Shown here one piece after another: positions 41,597 to 51,985 of a DNA stretch of 64,000 bases (positions are counted from its first letter, which is position 1; each line of letters begins with the position of its first letter). Made by a program: the position numbers and the translations under genes. The stretch covers positions 1,120,001 to 1,184,000 of the forward strand of contig OZ251539.1 of assembly GCA_965243135.1 (NCBI GenBank), given 5' to 3'. Source of the DNA: Alphaproteobacteria bacterium (GTDB lineage Bacteria > Pseudomonadota > Alphaproteobacteria > MPNO01 > UBA830). The notes below the pieces were generated by a model. That model saw nothing but the letters and a program-made list of their open reading frames with translations. It searched no databases and was not told the DNA's origin.

Positions 41597-43372
41597 TCAA
41601 CCGTTTTCCGACCGCGCCATGACGTAGGAGCCGGGCGCGTCCTCGATCGCCCGCAGCGCCCCGGCGCCCGGTTCGCGCGCCGGGGCGTCGCCGCCGCCGT
41701 GCCGCTCGACCCACTTGTTCCAGTCGGGCCACCACGATCCGTCGCGCTCGGTCGCGCCGTCGAACCAGTCCTGCGCCTTCGCGGGCGTCTTCGGATTCGC
41801 GCGGTAGGAATAACGTCCCGCGGCGGGCGGGTTCACGACGCCCGCGATGTGCCCCGACGACGCCAGCACGAACCTGGCGCGTCCGCCGTACAGCTTCGCG
41901 CCCGCGTACACGGATCGCCACGGGGCGATATGGTCTTCCTTGGACGCGAGAACGTAGAGCGGCGTCCGGACCCGGCCGAGATCGATGGGAACGCCGCCGA
42001 GCGCGATGCCGCCGGGCCGCGTCAGCGCGTTCTCGCGGTACATGTTGCGAAGATAGAAGGAATGCATGGCGGCGGGCATCCGCGTCGCGTCGGAGTTCCA
42101 GAACAGGAGGTCGAACGGAAAGGGCTCCTTTCCCATCAGGTAGTTGTTCACGACGAAGGACCAGATCAGGTCGTTGGCGCGAAGCATGTTGAAGGTGGCC
42201 GCCATGTCCGCGCCTTCGAGATACCCCTTCTCCGACATGCGCTCCTCGAGCCTGGCGATCTGCTCCTCGTCGATGAACACGCCGAGTTCGCCGGGCTCCT
42301 CGAAATCCACCAGAGTGGCGAAAAACGTGGCGCTCGCCGCCCGGGAATCGCCTTTGCCCGCCATGTAGGCGAGGGTCGTCGCCGTCAGCGTGCCGCCGAT
42401 GCAGTAGCCGATCAGGTTGACCTTGTCCGCCCCGGTCGCCTCGACGGCGGCGTCGATCGCCGCAAGCGGCCCTTCGAACATGTAGTCCTCGAAAGTCTTG
42501 TCCGCGAGGTCGCCGTCGGGATTGACCCAGGAGATCATGAACACCGTATGCCCCTGCTCGACGGCCCATTTGACGAAGGAGTTCTTCTCCCGCAGGTCGA
42601 GAACGTAGAACTTGTTGATCCACGGCGGCACGATCAGAAGCGGCCTCTCGCGCACCTTTTCCGTGCGGGGCGCGTACTGGATCAACTGCATCAGGTCGTT
42701 CTGAAAGATCACCTTGCCGGGCGAGGCGGCGACCGACTCGCCGATCTTGAACGCGTCTTCGTCGACCATCTTGACGCGCAGCCGTCCCTTGCCCCTCTCG
42801 AGATCGTCGAGCAGATTCGAGAGCCCCCTGGTGAGGTTCTGGCCCTTGCTGTCGATGGTCTCGCGGAGGACTTCGGGGTTGGTCAGGACGAAGTTGGTGG
42901 GCGCCAGGGCGTCCGCGAACTGGCGCGTGTAGAAGTCGACCTTGCGCAGGGTTTCCTTGTCCAGCCCGGAGGTCTCGCGCACGGTGTCGATCATCCACCG
43001 CGACGTCAGCAGGTAGGATTGCTTGATGAAATCGAAAACCGGGTTTTCCTCCCAGTCGGCATGGAGGAAGCGCCGGTCGTTCTCGTCGGGACGGTGCAGG
43101 GGCTCGGCCTCCCGTCCGGACGCGCGGCCCGCGGCATGCCCCCAGAGTTCCATGTATCCGTTCCACAGGTCGATCTGCGCCTGGGCCAGCCGCGCCGGAT
43201 CGGCCAGCATCCGCGAGGACATTTCGACGAACGCGCTGCCGACGTTGAGCGGGTCGCCTTCGCAGCGCGCCATGAAGTCGCTCACGATGCGCCGGCTCCG
43301 TTCCGCGATTTCGCGAATCGCCGCGGTCAGTTCCGCGGCGTCCGGGGCCGGTTCCGCGTTGTCTTTGGTCAT
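41597..43372 (-). CDS. phaC: Class I PHA synthase
   Basis: PPWINKFY.LDL, GYCIGG lipase box, WNSD, DHIAPW, SGHIAG. Confidence 0.95.
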   Translation of the reverse strand: MTKDNAEPAPDAAELTAAIREIAERSRRIVSDFMARCEGDPLNVGSAFVEMSSRMLADPARLAQAQIDLWNGYMELWGHAAGRASGREAEPLHRPDENDRRFLHADWEENPVFDFIKQSYLLTSRWMIDTVRETSGLDKETLRKVDFYTRQFADALAPTNFVLTNPEVLRETIDSKGQNLTRGLSNLLDDLERGKGRLRVKMVDEDAFKIGESVAASPGKVIFQNDLMQLIQYAPRTEKVRERPLLIVPPWINKFYVLDLREKNSFVKWAVEQGHTVFMISWVNPDGDLADKTFEDYMFEGPLAAIDAAVEATGADKVNLIGYCIGGTLTATTLAYMAGKGDSRAASATFFATLVDFEEPGELGVFIDEEQIARLEERMSEKGYLEGADMAATFNMLRANDLIWSFVVNNYLMGKEPFPFDLLFWNSDATRMPAAMHSFYLRNMYRENALTRPGGIALGGVPIDLGRVRTPLYVLASKEDHIAPWRSVYAGAKLYGGRARFVLASSGHIAGVVNPPAAGRYSYRANPKTPAKAQDWFDGATERDGSWWPDWNKWVERHGGGDAPAREPGAGALRAIEDAPGSYVMARSENG

Positions 43373-43456
43373 GCCGGAATCCTCTGCTGCGCGCTTCGCA
43401 AGGATAGCGTATAATGGCCGGCGGGTCGCCGGGAAGATGCGGGAAACTACGCCGTT

Positions 43457-43810
43457 TTGCTGCAGCGCACAATATCGGAGGGCGGCCCGCGGGCCGCGGC
43501 GGAGGGCTGGAGGGCGCTTCGCTTCGGGGCGGCGCGTCTCGTCGTCGCGTTGGCGCTGGTTCCGGCGGGTTGCGCGCGCGACGGGCCTCCGGAGGAGGGC
43601 GTCCGTCCGATTCCCGGGGCCGGCAGGCCCTTTCCGGACCTGTCCACGGTGCCGGAACGCCCGCGGACCGGCGACGCGGAACGCCGCAGAATGATGGAGA
43701 AGCTCGAGTCGGACCGGGAAGAAGCCGAAAGAATCAGGGAGCGGAACGAACGCTCGTCCGCTTCCGGACCGGCGACCGCGCCCGGCAGGAAAAGGGACGA
43801 TGGACCGTAA
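43457..43810 (+). CDS. Hypothetical lipoprotein
   Basis: LVVALALVPAGC lipobox-like, FPDLSTVPERP; start uncertain. Confidence 0.5.
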   Translation: MLQRTISEGGPRAAAEGWRALRFGAARLVVALALVPAGCARDGPPEEGVRPIPGAGRPFPDLSTVPERPRTGDAERRRMMEKLESDREEAERIRERNERSSASGPATAPGRKRDDGP

Positions 43811-45014
43811 CTTTCACCGCATCAAGCTCTTGCCTCCCTACGTGTTCGCGGAGGTGAACGACATGAAGGCGCGCGCCCGCGCCGAAGGACGGGACGTGAT
43901 CGACTTCGGCATGGGCAATCCCGATTTGCCGACGCCGCAGCACATCGTCGAGAAGCTTGCCGAAGCGGCGAACAATCCGCGGACTCACCGATACTCGTCG
44001 TCGCGCGGCATACCGGGGCTGCGGCGGGCCAACGCCGCCTATTACGCGCGCCGGTTCGGCGTGGACGTCGACCCCGAGACGGAAACCATCGTCACGCTCG
44101 GGTCGAAGGAGGGATTCGCCAATCTTGCGCAGGCGATCGCGGCCCCGGGAGACGCCGTCGCGGTTCCCAACCCGACCTATCCCATTCACGCCTTCGGCTT
44201 CATCCTGGCGGGCGCGACCCTCCGTCACGTCCGGATGGAGCCGGGCCTCGACTTCATGGCCGAACTCGACCGCGCCGTGCGATACAGCATTCCGGCGCCG
44301 CTCGCCGTCGTGCTGAACTATCCCTCCAACCCGACCGCGGAGGTCGTCGGTCTCGATTTCTACGAGGAAGTCGTCCGCTTCTGCGCGGCGCGCGGAATAA
44401 TCGTCATTTCCGATCTCGCGTACGCGGAGATCTATTTCGAAGGAGACCCGCCCCCCTCCATCCTGCAGGTGCCCGGCGCGAGGGACGTCGCGGTCGAGTT
44501 CACGTCCATGAGCAAGACCTATTCGATGCCCGGATGGCGAATCGGGTTCGCGACCGGCAACGCCGACATCATCGCCGCGCTCGCGCGGATCAAGTCGTAT
44601 CTCGACTACGGCGCGTTCACGCCCATCCAGGTCGCGGCGTCGGCAGCCCTCAACGGTCCGCAGGACTGCGTCGACGAGGCGCGGGACGCGTACCGCCGCC
44701 GCCGCGACGTTCTCGTGGAGTGCTTCGGGCAGGCCGGCTGGGAGGTGCCGCCGCCCGCCGCGACGATGTTCGCCTGGGCGCCGATCCCGGAACCCTTCGC
44801 CCGTCTCGGTTCGCTCGAGTTCTCCAAGCTGCTGCTGGCCGAAGCCCAGGTCGCGGTTTCGCCCGGGGTCGGGTTCGGCGAGTTCGGCGAAGGCTTCGTG
44901 CGGATCGCGCTTGTCGAGAACGGCCAGCGGATCAGGCAGGCCGCCCGCAACGTCAAGAAGTTCATCGCCAGCGTCGACGCCGAGCGTGCGGTCCGGCACG
45001 CCGCCGTTTCTTGA
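43800..45014 (+). CDS. alaC: Class I/II aminotransferase (AlaC / LL-DAP aminotransferase-like)
   Basis: LPPYVF, GMGNPD, DLAY, SMSKTYSMPGWR.G, KSYLDYG. Confidence 0.88.
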   Translation: MDRNFHRIKLLPPYVFAEVNDMKARARAEGRDVIDFGMGNPDLPTPQHIVEKLAEAANNPRTHRYSSSRGIPGLRRANAAYYARRFGVDVDPETETIVTLGSKEGFANLAQAIAAPGDAVAVPNPTYPIHAFGFILAGATLRHVRMEPGLDFMAELDRAVRYSIPAPLAVVLNYPSNPTAEVVGLDFYEEVVRFCAARGIIVISDLAYAEIYFEGDPPPSILQVPGARDVAVEFTSMSKTYSMPGWRIGFATGNADIIAALARIKSYLDYGAFTPIQVAASAALNGPQDCVDEARDAYRRRRDVLVECFGQAGWEVPPPAATMFAWAPIPEPFARLGSLEFSKLLLAEAQVAVSPGVGFGEFGEGFVRIALVENGQRIRQAARNVKKFIASVDAERAVRHAAVS

Positions 45015-46303
45015 TCCCCCCCCTTCGGGTCGCTGTCGCCGGCCTCGGCACGGTCGGCGCGGCGGTCGTCGACATTCTGCGCTCGAAGCGGGATCTGATC
45101 GCGGCGCGTTGCGGCAGGCTTGTCGACGTGACCGCCGTGTCGGCTCGCGACCGCCGTCGCCGCCGGGAAATCGACCTGTCCGGCTGCGTCTGGTTCGACG
45201 ACGCCGCCGCGATGGCCGCGCAGGCGGATGCCGACGTCGTCGTGGAGCTGATCGGCGGCGAGGACGGCGTCGCGAAAGCGGTTTGCGAAAGCGCTCTCGC
45301 CGCGGGCCGCGACCTGGTGACGGCGAACAAGGCGCTGCTCGCCCGTCACGGCGCGGCGCTCGCCCGCGCGGCCGAAGCGGCGGGAGCGGGCCTCGGCTAC
45401 GAAGCTTCGGTCGCGGGCGGCATTCCGGCGATCAAGGCGCTGCGGGAAGGCTTCGCGGGCAATCGCGTGTCGAGGATACACGGCATTCTCAACGGCACCT
45501 GCAATTACATTCTGACGGCGATGCGGGAGACCGGCCGGAACTTCCCCGAAATCCTCGCGGACGCCCAGCGCCTCGGCTACGCCGAGGCGGATCCGGGATT
45601 CGACATCGACGGCATCGACGCGGCGCACAAGCTCGCGCTTCTCGCCGCCGCGGCGTTCGGCCGCGAAGTGGACTTCCGCGGCGTCCATGTCGAGGGGATA
45701 CGCCGGGTCACCGTCGGCGATATCGAGTTCGCGGGGGAACTGGGCTACCGCGTCAAACTGCTCGGGATAGCCGAGGAAACGGAGGAGGGCGTCGAACAGA
45801 GGGTCCATCCCTGCATGGTGCCGGTCGACGCCCCGCTGGCCCATGTCGAGGGCGTCTTCAACGCCGTCGTCGTCGAGGGGGATTCCGTGGGCAGGGGCAT
45901 GCTGGAGGGACGCGGCGCGGGGGCCGGGCCGACCGCGTCCGCCGTCGTCTCCGACATCGTCGACTTCGCGAGAGGTGTTCGCCTGCCGGCGTTCTCGCTT
46001 CCGGCGTCGCGGTTGCGGCCGGCCCGCGCGGTGCCCATGGGCCAGCGGACGGGCCCCTGCTACGTGCGGCTGTCGGTCGTCGACCGGCCCGGCGTGATCG
46101 CCGACGTCTCGGCGGCGCTTCGCGACGAGCGGGTGTCCGTGGAATCCTTCATTCAGAGAGCGCGCTCGCCGGAGGAGTCGGTGCCGGTGGTGCTCACCCT
46201 TCACGAGGCGCGCGAGGACTCCGTGCGGCGCGCGCTCGACCGAATCGGGGCCTTGGACACGGTTTTGGAACGACCCTGTATGATCAGGATAGAAAATCTT
46301 TGA
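45011..46303 (+). CDS. hom: Homoserine dehydrogenase
   Basis: GLGTVG, VTANK, EASVAGGIP, GILNGT.NYIL, C-terminal ACT; TTG start approximate. Confidence 0.94.
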   Translation: MIPPLRVAVAGLGTVGAAVVDILRSKRDLIAARCGRLVDVTAVSARDRRRRREIDLSGCVWFDDAAAMAAQADADVVVELIGGEDGVAKAVCESALAAGRDLVTANKALLARHGAALARAAEAAGAGLGYEASVAGGIPAIKALREGFAGNRVSRIHGILNGTCNYILTAMRETGRNFPEILADAQRLGYAEADPGFDIDGIDAAHKLALLAAAAFGREVDFRGVHVEGIRRVTVGDIEFAGELGYRVKLLGIAEETEEGVEQRVHPCMVPVDAPLAHVEGVFNAVVVEGDSVGRGMLEGRGAGAGPTASAVVSDIVDFARGVRLPAFSLPASRLRPARAVPMGQRTGPCYVRLSVVDRPGVIADVSAALRDERVSVESFIQRARSPEESVPVVLTLHEAREDSVRRALDRIGALDTVLERPCMIRIENL

Positions 46304-46341
46304 ACAGCGGGAGTGCAGTCGGGATGCCGGAAGACGACAGG

Positions 46342-47313
46342 ATGGACCGGAATCTGGCGCTGGAAGCCGTCCGGGTGACCGAGGCGGCGGCCCTGTCCGC
46401 CTCGCGCCTGATGGGCCGCGGCGACGAGCGCGCGGCGGACCAGGTCGCGGTGGACGCGATGCGGGAGGCGCTCGGCAGCCTCGACATCGCGGGCACCGTC
46501 GTGATCGGCGAAGGAGAGCGCGACGAAGCCCCGATGCTGTTCATCGGAGAGGAGGTCGGCACCGGGAAGGGACCGAAGATCGATATCGCCCTCGATCCCT
46601 TGGAGGGCACCACGATCACGGCGAAGGGCCTGACGAACGCCCTGTCCGTGATCGCCATGGCCGAGCGGGGAAACTTCCTCTATTCCCCCGACATATACAT
46701 GGACAAGATCGCGGTCGGAGGCGGATTGCCGGAGGGCGTGGTCGATCTCGACCGGGAGCCCCGCGAAAATCTCGAGCGCCTCGCCGCGGCGAAGGGATGC
46801 GGCGTCGAGGATCTGGTCGCCTGCATCCTCGACCGGCCGCGTCACGAGGAGCTGATCGCAAGGGTCCGCGAAGCGGGCGCCCGCATCATGCTCATCTCGG
46901 ACGGGGACATTTCGGGGGTCATCGCGACGTCCGAGGACGCGAGCGGAATCGATATCTATCTCGGCAGCGGCGGCGCGCCGGAAGGCGTGCTCGCGGCCGC
47001 CGCGCTGCGTTGCATCGGCGGTCAGATGCAGGGCCGCCTGGTGTTCCGCAACAACGACGAACGCGCCCGCGCCGAGCGCTGCGGCATCGCCGACTTCGAC
47101 CGCAAGTACGGCCTTCTCGATCTGGCCAAGGGCGACGTGATGTTCGCGGCGACCGGCGTGACGAACGGCACGATGCTCAACGGCGTCCGCCGATTCTCCG
47201 GCGGCGCCAAGACCCATTCGCTGGTGATGCGTTCCAAATCGGGAACCGTGCGCTACGTCGAAGCCACCCACAACTTCGACCGGAAGACGGGTTTCGACCC
47301 GATGGATTCGTGA
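46342..47313 (+). CDS. glpX: Class II fructose-1,6-bisphosphatase
   Basis: RVTEAAA, VIGEGERDEAPML, DPLEGT, GGAPEGV. Confidence 0.95.
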   Translation: MDRNLALEAVRVTEAAALSASRLMGRGDERAADQVAVDAMREALGSLDIAGTVVIGEGERDEAPMLFIGEEVGTGKGPKIDIALDPLEGTTITAKGLTNALSVIAMAERGNFLYSPDIYMDKIAVGGGLPEGVVDLDREPRENLERLAAAKGCGVEDLVACILDRPRHEELIARVREAGARIMLISDGDISGVIATSEDASGIDIYLGSGGAPEGVLAAAALRCIGGQMQGRLVFRNNDERARAERCGIADFDRKYGLLDLAKGDVMFAATGVTNGTMLNGVRRFSGGAKTHSLVMRSKSGTVRYVEATHNFDRKTGFDPMDS

Positions 47314-47344
47314 AGCGCCCGGCGGGCTTGCGCGAAGGAAGGCG

Positions 47345-49135
47345 ATGAGGGCGGAGCCCGCCGCGGCGGCTTCGCTCAAGGTCGAGCGATCCCTCGGCGG
47401 CAAGCGCTGGCGATGGCGCCTGTCGGACGAACGCCGGGCGCTTGCCATCTCGCAGCGCCACGGCCTGCCGGAGCTCCTCGGACGCGTCCTTGCGGCGCGC
47501 GGCGTCGAGATTCCCGACGTGGAAGAGTTCCTGTCGCCCAGGCTGCGGGATCTGTTGCCCGACCCCTCCCATCTTCTGGACATGGATCGGGCGGCGGCGC
47601 GCATTGTCGAGGCGATTTCCGCGGGCGAACGGATCGGGGTGATCGCCGATTACGACGTCGACGGCGCCGCGTCCGCGGCGCTGCTCGTCAGGTTTTTCGC
47701 GGCCTTGGGACGCGAAATCGCCGTTTACGTGCCTGACCGCCTCAAGGAGGGATACGGTCCCAACGCGCCGGCGTTCATGAAGCTGAAGGACGAGGGCGTT
47801 TCCCTCGCGATCACCGTGGATTGCGGCACGACGGCCTTCGGACCTCTCGAAGCGGCATCGGAGGCCGGCCTCGACGTGATCGTGGTCGACCATCACGTGT
47901 CGGAGCCGCGGCTCCCGGAGGCCTTGGCGGTCGTCAATCCCAACCGGCTCGACGAGGAGAGCCCGGTCGGCCAGCTCTGCGCAGCCGGCGTGACTTTTCT
48001 GCTGGTCGTCGCCGTCAACCGGGCCTTGCGCGAGGCTTGGTGGTACGGCGAGGGGCACGACGAGCCCGATCTCATGAACTGGCTCGATCTGGTGGCGTTG
48101 GCGACGGTCGCCGACGTGGTGCCGCTGACGGGCCTGAACCGCGCTATCGTCAGGCGCGGGCTGGCCGTAATGGCGCGGCGCCGCAATCGGGGTCTCGCCT
48201 CGCTGGCGGACGTGGCGAAGATCAGGTCGCCGCCGGACGCCTGGCATCTCGGCTTCGCGTTCGGACCGCGGGTCAACGCCGGAGGGCGGGTCGGAGAGGC
48301 GGGTCTCGGCGTTCGCCTGCTCACGACGGACGATCGCGACGAAGCCGGCGCCATCGCCGTCCGCCTCGACGAGTACAACAAGCAACGCCAGGAAATCGAA
48401 ACCTCGGTGTTCGAGGCCGCGCAGGCGCGCGCCGAGTCCGCGGCCGAAAACGGCGCGCCTCTGATCCTGGTGGCCTCGGAGGGCTGGCATCCCGGCGTTA
48501 TCGGAATCGTGGCGGGACGCCTGAAGGATCTGTTCGGCGTTCCCGTCTGCGTGGTCGCTCTGGAAAACGGCCTGGGAAGAGGATCGGGGCGTTCGGTTCG
48601 CGGGGTGGACCTGGGACCCGCCGTAATCGCGGCCGGACAGGCCGGGCTTTTGATTAACGGCGGCGGGCACAAGATGGCCGCGGGCTTCACCGCGCGGGAG
48701 GACCGGCTTCTCGAATTGCGCGATTTTCTGATCGCGCACGTCGCGAAACAGCTCGGCGGCGCGCCGCTCGTTCCGGATCTCAGAATGGACGGCACCTTGC
48801 TTCCCGGCGGGGCGACGGTCGACCTCATCCGGAAACTGGACGCCGCCGGACCCTTCGGATCGGGCAATCCGCGCCCGCGGTTCGTTCTTCCGACGGTGAA
48901 GCCGATCGGCGCGAGGGTGGTGGGCAACGGTCACGTGAGCTGCGTTCTCGCCGCGGCGGAAGGCGGCGGACGGCTCAAGGCGGTCGCTTTCCGGGAAGCG
49001 GGAACCGCTCTCGGCAATGCGCTTCTCAACAGAAACGGCAGCCTTCTCCATGTCGCGGGCTACCTGAAGGTGGATACGTGGCTCGATCGCGAAACGCCGC
49101 AACTGACGATCGAGGACGCCGCGTGGGCAAGATAG
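47345..49135 (+). CDS. recJ: ssDNA exonuclease RecJ
   Basis: DYDVDG, TVDCG, DHH, PRVNAGGR, GGGHKMAAG. Confidence 0.95.
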   Translation: MRAEPAAAASLKVERSLGGKRWRWRLSDERRALAISQRHGLPELLGRVLAARGVEIPDVEEFLSPRLRDLLPDPSHLLDMDRAAARIVEAISAGERIGVIADYDVDGAASAALLVRFFAALGREIAVYVPDRLKEGYGPNAPAFMKLKDEGVSLAITVDCGTTAFGPLEAASEAGLDVIVVDHHVSEPRLPEALAVVNPNRLDEESPVGQLCAAGVTFLLVVAVNRALREAWWYGEGHDEPDLMNWLDLVALATVADVVPLTGLNRAIVRRGLAVMARRRNRGLASLADVAKIRSPPDAWHLGFAFGPRVNAGGRVGEAGLGVRLLTTDDRDEAGAIAVRLDEYNKQRQEIETSVFEAAQARAESAAENGAPLILVASEGWHPGVIGIVAGRLKDLFGVPVCVVALENGLGRGSGRSVRGVDLGPAVIAAGQAGLLINGGGHKMAAGFTAREDRLLELRDFLIAHVAKQLGGAPLVPDLRMDGTLLPGGATVDLIRKLDAAGPFGSGNPRPRFVLPTVKPIGARVVGNGHVSCVLAAAEGGGRLKAVAFREAGTALGNALLNRNGSLLHVAGYLKVDTWLDRETPQLTIEDAAWAR

Positions 49136-49209
49136 AAGCGCCGGTCTTGAACCCCCGCAGGTCTCGTTTAGGCTGAGAGACGGGCGCGGGCGGGATCCGG
49201 GGACGGCGC

Positions 49210-49833
49210 GTGGTCGCAGGTTGCAAGCACTCGGCATGGCGGCGCATGCGGCGCGGCCTGCGGCTGCGGCTGGTGATTCCGATGATTCGGTCGCGCCAGC
49301 CTCCGGAATACACGGCGCGCGGAGTGGCCGTCGGGCTGATGTGGGCGTTCACGCCGACTTTCGGAGTGCAGATGGCCCTGACCTGCATTCACTGGTACGT
49401 CGCGCGCACGTTCTTCAAGAGGGATTTCAACGTGATCATGGCCATGAGCTGGACATGGATCACCAATCTGTTCACCGTGGCCCCGGCCTATTACGCGTTC
49501 TTTCTGCTGGGCCAGGTCATCCTCGGCCGCTGGCACGACCTTTCCGGCTATCGGAGCTTCCTCACGTTCTGGCGCACGGCGATGGGCGACGCCGGCGGCG
49601 ACCCGACCAGCATGGAAGCCTGGGGCACGTATTTCTCGGTGATCGTCCGCGGCTGGGGCCTGGCGATGGCGGTGGGCTCGGTTCCGATCGCTCTTCTGGC
49701 TTACTTCGTCGGCTATCGCTGGACGCTCAGGGCCGTTCGGCGGTGGCGCAGCATGCGGGGCCGAAGCGCCGCGCGGGCCGGCGGCGGTCCCGCAAAGCCG
49801 GACGGCGGCTCCGAAACCCGGGTCGGGAGGTAA
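49210..49833 (+). CDS. DUF2062 membrane protein; start uncertain
   Basis: P...ARGVAVGL..AFTP..G.Q, WITN..T. Confidence 0.75.
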   Translation: MVAGCKHSAWRRMRRGLRLRLVIPMIRSRQPPEYTARGVAVGLMWAFTPTFGVQMALTCIHWYVARTFFKRDFNVIMAMSWTWITNLFTVAPAYYAFFLLGQVILGRWHDLSGYRSFLTFWRTAMGDAGGDPTSMEAWGTYFSVIVRGWGLAMAVGSVPIALLAYFVGYRWTLRAVRRWRSMRGRSAARAGGGPAKPDGGSETRVGR

Positions 49834-49955
49834 GGCGCGGACGCCGGTTCGCCGACGGGCGGTGCGGCGGGATATTCGGCGTCGCGGCCTGATTTCGCGG
49901 AAAGCTCCGCGACCGCTTGATTGCCGGCGGCTTACGGTATATTTCTACCGGCGAC

Positions 49956-50031
49956 GACCCCATCGTCTAGAGGCCTAGGACATCACCCTTTCAAGGTGAA
50001 GACACGGGTTCGACTCCCGTTGGGGTCGCCA
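49956..50031 (+). tRNA. tRNA-Glu(TTC)
   Basis: GACCCCATCGTCTAGAGGCCTAGGAC...CTTTCAA...GGTTCGACTCCC...GCCA; 76 nt. Confidence 0.95.
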
Positions 50032-50084
50032 GTTCTGGAGTTGCCGCGCCGCCGACCGGAAAGGCGGCGCCGTCCGGGGGCGGC

Positions 50085-50360
50085 ATGACCGATTACTGGC
50101 TCAACAAGCTGATGTTCGATCTTCAGGGGCCCGGCGGCAAGGAGCGATGGGCGGAAGACCGGGAGGAGACGGTCGACCGCTACCCGCTGTCGCCGGAAGT
50201 CCGCCGCGCCCTGCTGGAGGACGATCTGGACGTCATCCAGCCGCTCGTCAATCCGTATCTCCTCCGGTTCTACCTGTTGATCAACGGCTATGACGACGAA
50301 GGCTCCATCAAGGCGTTGAGCGATATCGGGCGGCGTCGGCAGGAGGCGATCCGTGGCTGA
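50085..50360 (+). CDS. Extradiol dioxygenase small subunit (LigA-like)
   Basis: Y.LNKL..DL, Y.LS.E.R.AL...D, VNPYLL; overlaps the LigB-like gene. Confidence 0.7.
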   Translation: MTDYWLNKLMFDLQGPGGKERWAEDREETVDRYPLSPEVRRALLEDDLDVIQPLVNPYLLRFYLLINGYDDEGSIKALSDIGRRRQEAIRG

Positions 50361-51219
50361 ATTCGCAGGGGCGTTCGCGGCGGGGCACGGTCCGAACATC
50401 GCTCGCGGATGGACGAGTCTCAAGTCCGAAACGCGGGAGTGGATCCTGGACCGCTACGGCGAACTGGGACGCCGGCTGAAGGCCGCGGCGCCCGACGTGC
50501 TTCTCGTCCAGTCCAACGACCATTGGGTCAATTTCTTTCTCGACAACATGCCGGCGTTCTGCATCGGGATCGGCGACGAGCACGACGGCCCTCCGGAACC
50601 CTTCATGAAGCCGGTGTTCGCCCACGAGACATGGCCGGGACACGCCGCGCTCGGCCGCCACGTTCTCGATCACGCGCTCGCCTCGGAATTCGATCCGTCC
50701 TATACGATGCGGGTCAAGCTGGATCACGGAATTTGCGTGCCTCTCTGGCAGATGGGGATCCTCCCCGACGTTCCGGTCGTGCCGTTGTTCATCAACCTGA
50801 TGGAAGAACCGTTTCCGACCCCCGCGCGCTGCATCAAGTGGGGCCGCATGATCCGCGAGGCGGTCGAGAGCTTTCCGGAGAACATCCGGGTGGCCATGCT
50901 CGGCACCGGCGGGCTGAGCCATTCGATCGGCGAGACCACCATGGGATGGATCGACGAGCCGTTCGATCATGCCTGCATGGAGCTTTTCCGGTCCGCTTCC
51001 GACGAGAAATTCGCGTCCGACCTGGACCGGATGCTGTCCGCCACCGGCAACGGCGGGGCCGAGTTGCGGAACTGGCTGATCGTGCACGCGGCCGCCGGCG
51101 GCCGCGGCTTCGACCTGGTCGGCTACGCGCCGGTTCCCGAGATTCTGATCGGCTGCGCCCTCGCGGAGTGGAGGACCGCGGAATCGGGCAGGCAGCCTTC
51201 GCCGCAAGTTCCGGGGTAA
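50353..51219 (+). CDS. Extradiol ring-cleavage dioxygenase, LigB family
   Basis: HGP, NDHWVNFF, LDHG..VPL, GTGGLSH, E.RNW. Confidence 0.88.
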   Translation: MAEFAGAFAAGHGPNIARGWTSLKSETREWILDRYGELGRRLKAAAPDVLLVQSNDHWVNFFLDNMPAFCIGIGDEHDGPPEPFMKPVFAHETWPGHAALGRHVLDHALASEFDPSYTMRVKLDHGICVPLWQMGILPDVPVVPLFINLMEEPFPTPARCIKWGRMIREAVESFPENIRVAMLGTGGLSHSIGETTMGWIDEPFDHACMELFRSASDEKFASDLDRMLSATGNGGAELRNWLIVHAAAGGRGFDLVGYAPVPEILIGCALAEWRTAESGRQPSPQVPG

Positions 51220-51417
51220 GGTTCGTCCGCGTTCGAGCGCGGAGACCGGCTGCCGACGTTCCGGCCTCGAGCGCGGCGACTCCGAAGGCCGCGAACGTCC
51301 GGCGGCGGAAGTCCGGCGACGGCGCGCGGGCGAGGCGGACGGCGCCTTCCTTCTTGAAGGGAAGCCCCGGCATGGGGTATCCCTCGCCCGTCCGCTCCTG
51401 AATTCTGGAACCCGACC

Positions 51418-51819
51418 ATGGCCGAGCGCCCGGACGTTCGAAGCAGGATAATGCGCGCGGTCGGGAGCAGGGACACCGGGCCGGAGTTGGCCGTGCGCCG
51501 CCTGACGCATGCGATGGGATATCGTTACCGGCTTCACCGGAGAGACCTGCCCGGCACCCCGGACATGGTCTTTCCCGCCCGGCGGAAAGTGATCTTCGTT
51601 CATGGTTGTTTCTGGCATATGCACTCTTGTCCGAGAGGGCGGGTTCCGAAAACGAGGCAGGACTACTGGCTCCCGAAACTCGAGCGCAACAGGGAGAGGG
51701 ACGCGGAGAACGCGGCCCGCCTCCTCGAGATGGGTTGGGAGGCGCTCGTGGTCTGGGAATGCGAAATCGCGGAGCTCGACTCGGTTCGGTCGTGTATCGC
51801 GGCGTTTCTGGAAAGCTGA
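51418..51819 (+). CDS. vsr: Very short patch repair endonuclease
   Basis: RSRIM.AV...DT.PE, LPGTPD, FVHGCFWH.H.C, N..RD, VWEC. Confidence 0.92.
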   Translation: MAERPDVRSRIMRAVGSRDTGPELAVRRLTHAMGYRYRLHRRDLPGTPDMVFPARRKVIFVHGCFWHMHSCPRGRVPKTRQDYWLPKLERNRERDAENAARLLEMGWEALVVWECEIAELDSVRSCIAAFLES

Positions 51820-51985
51820 CGGCGTCGGAGGAACCGGCCGCTCCGCGGCGTAGGAGTCGTCGGCGACCGGCCCGCGCATGTTGACCTGTCCCGGCTGGTT
51901 CCTGTAGTCTGAACGGCATGAGAAACCGTGAAGGGCGGTTCCCTGCGCCGCAAGATTCCCGCTGCCGGAACGGGGAAGTCGAGGG

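Noticed and set aside
39582-43472. 1296-aa ORF
   Set aside because: Off-frame read-through over phaC and bpt; the real gene starts at 40706
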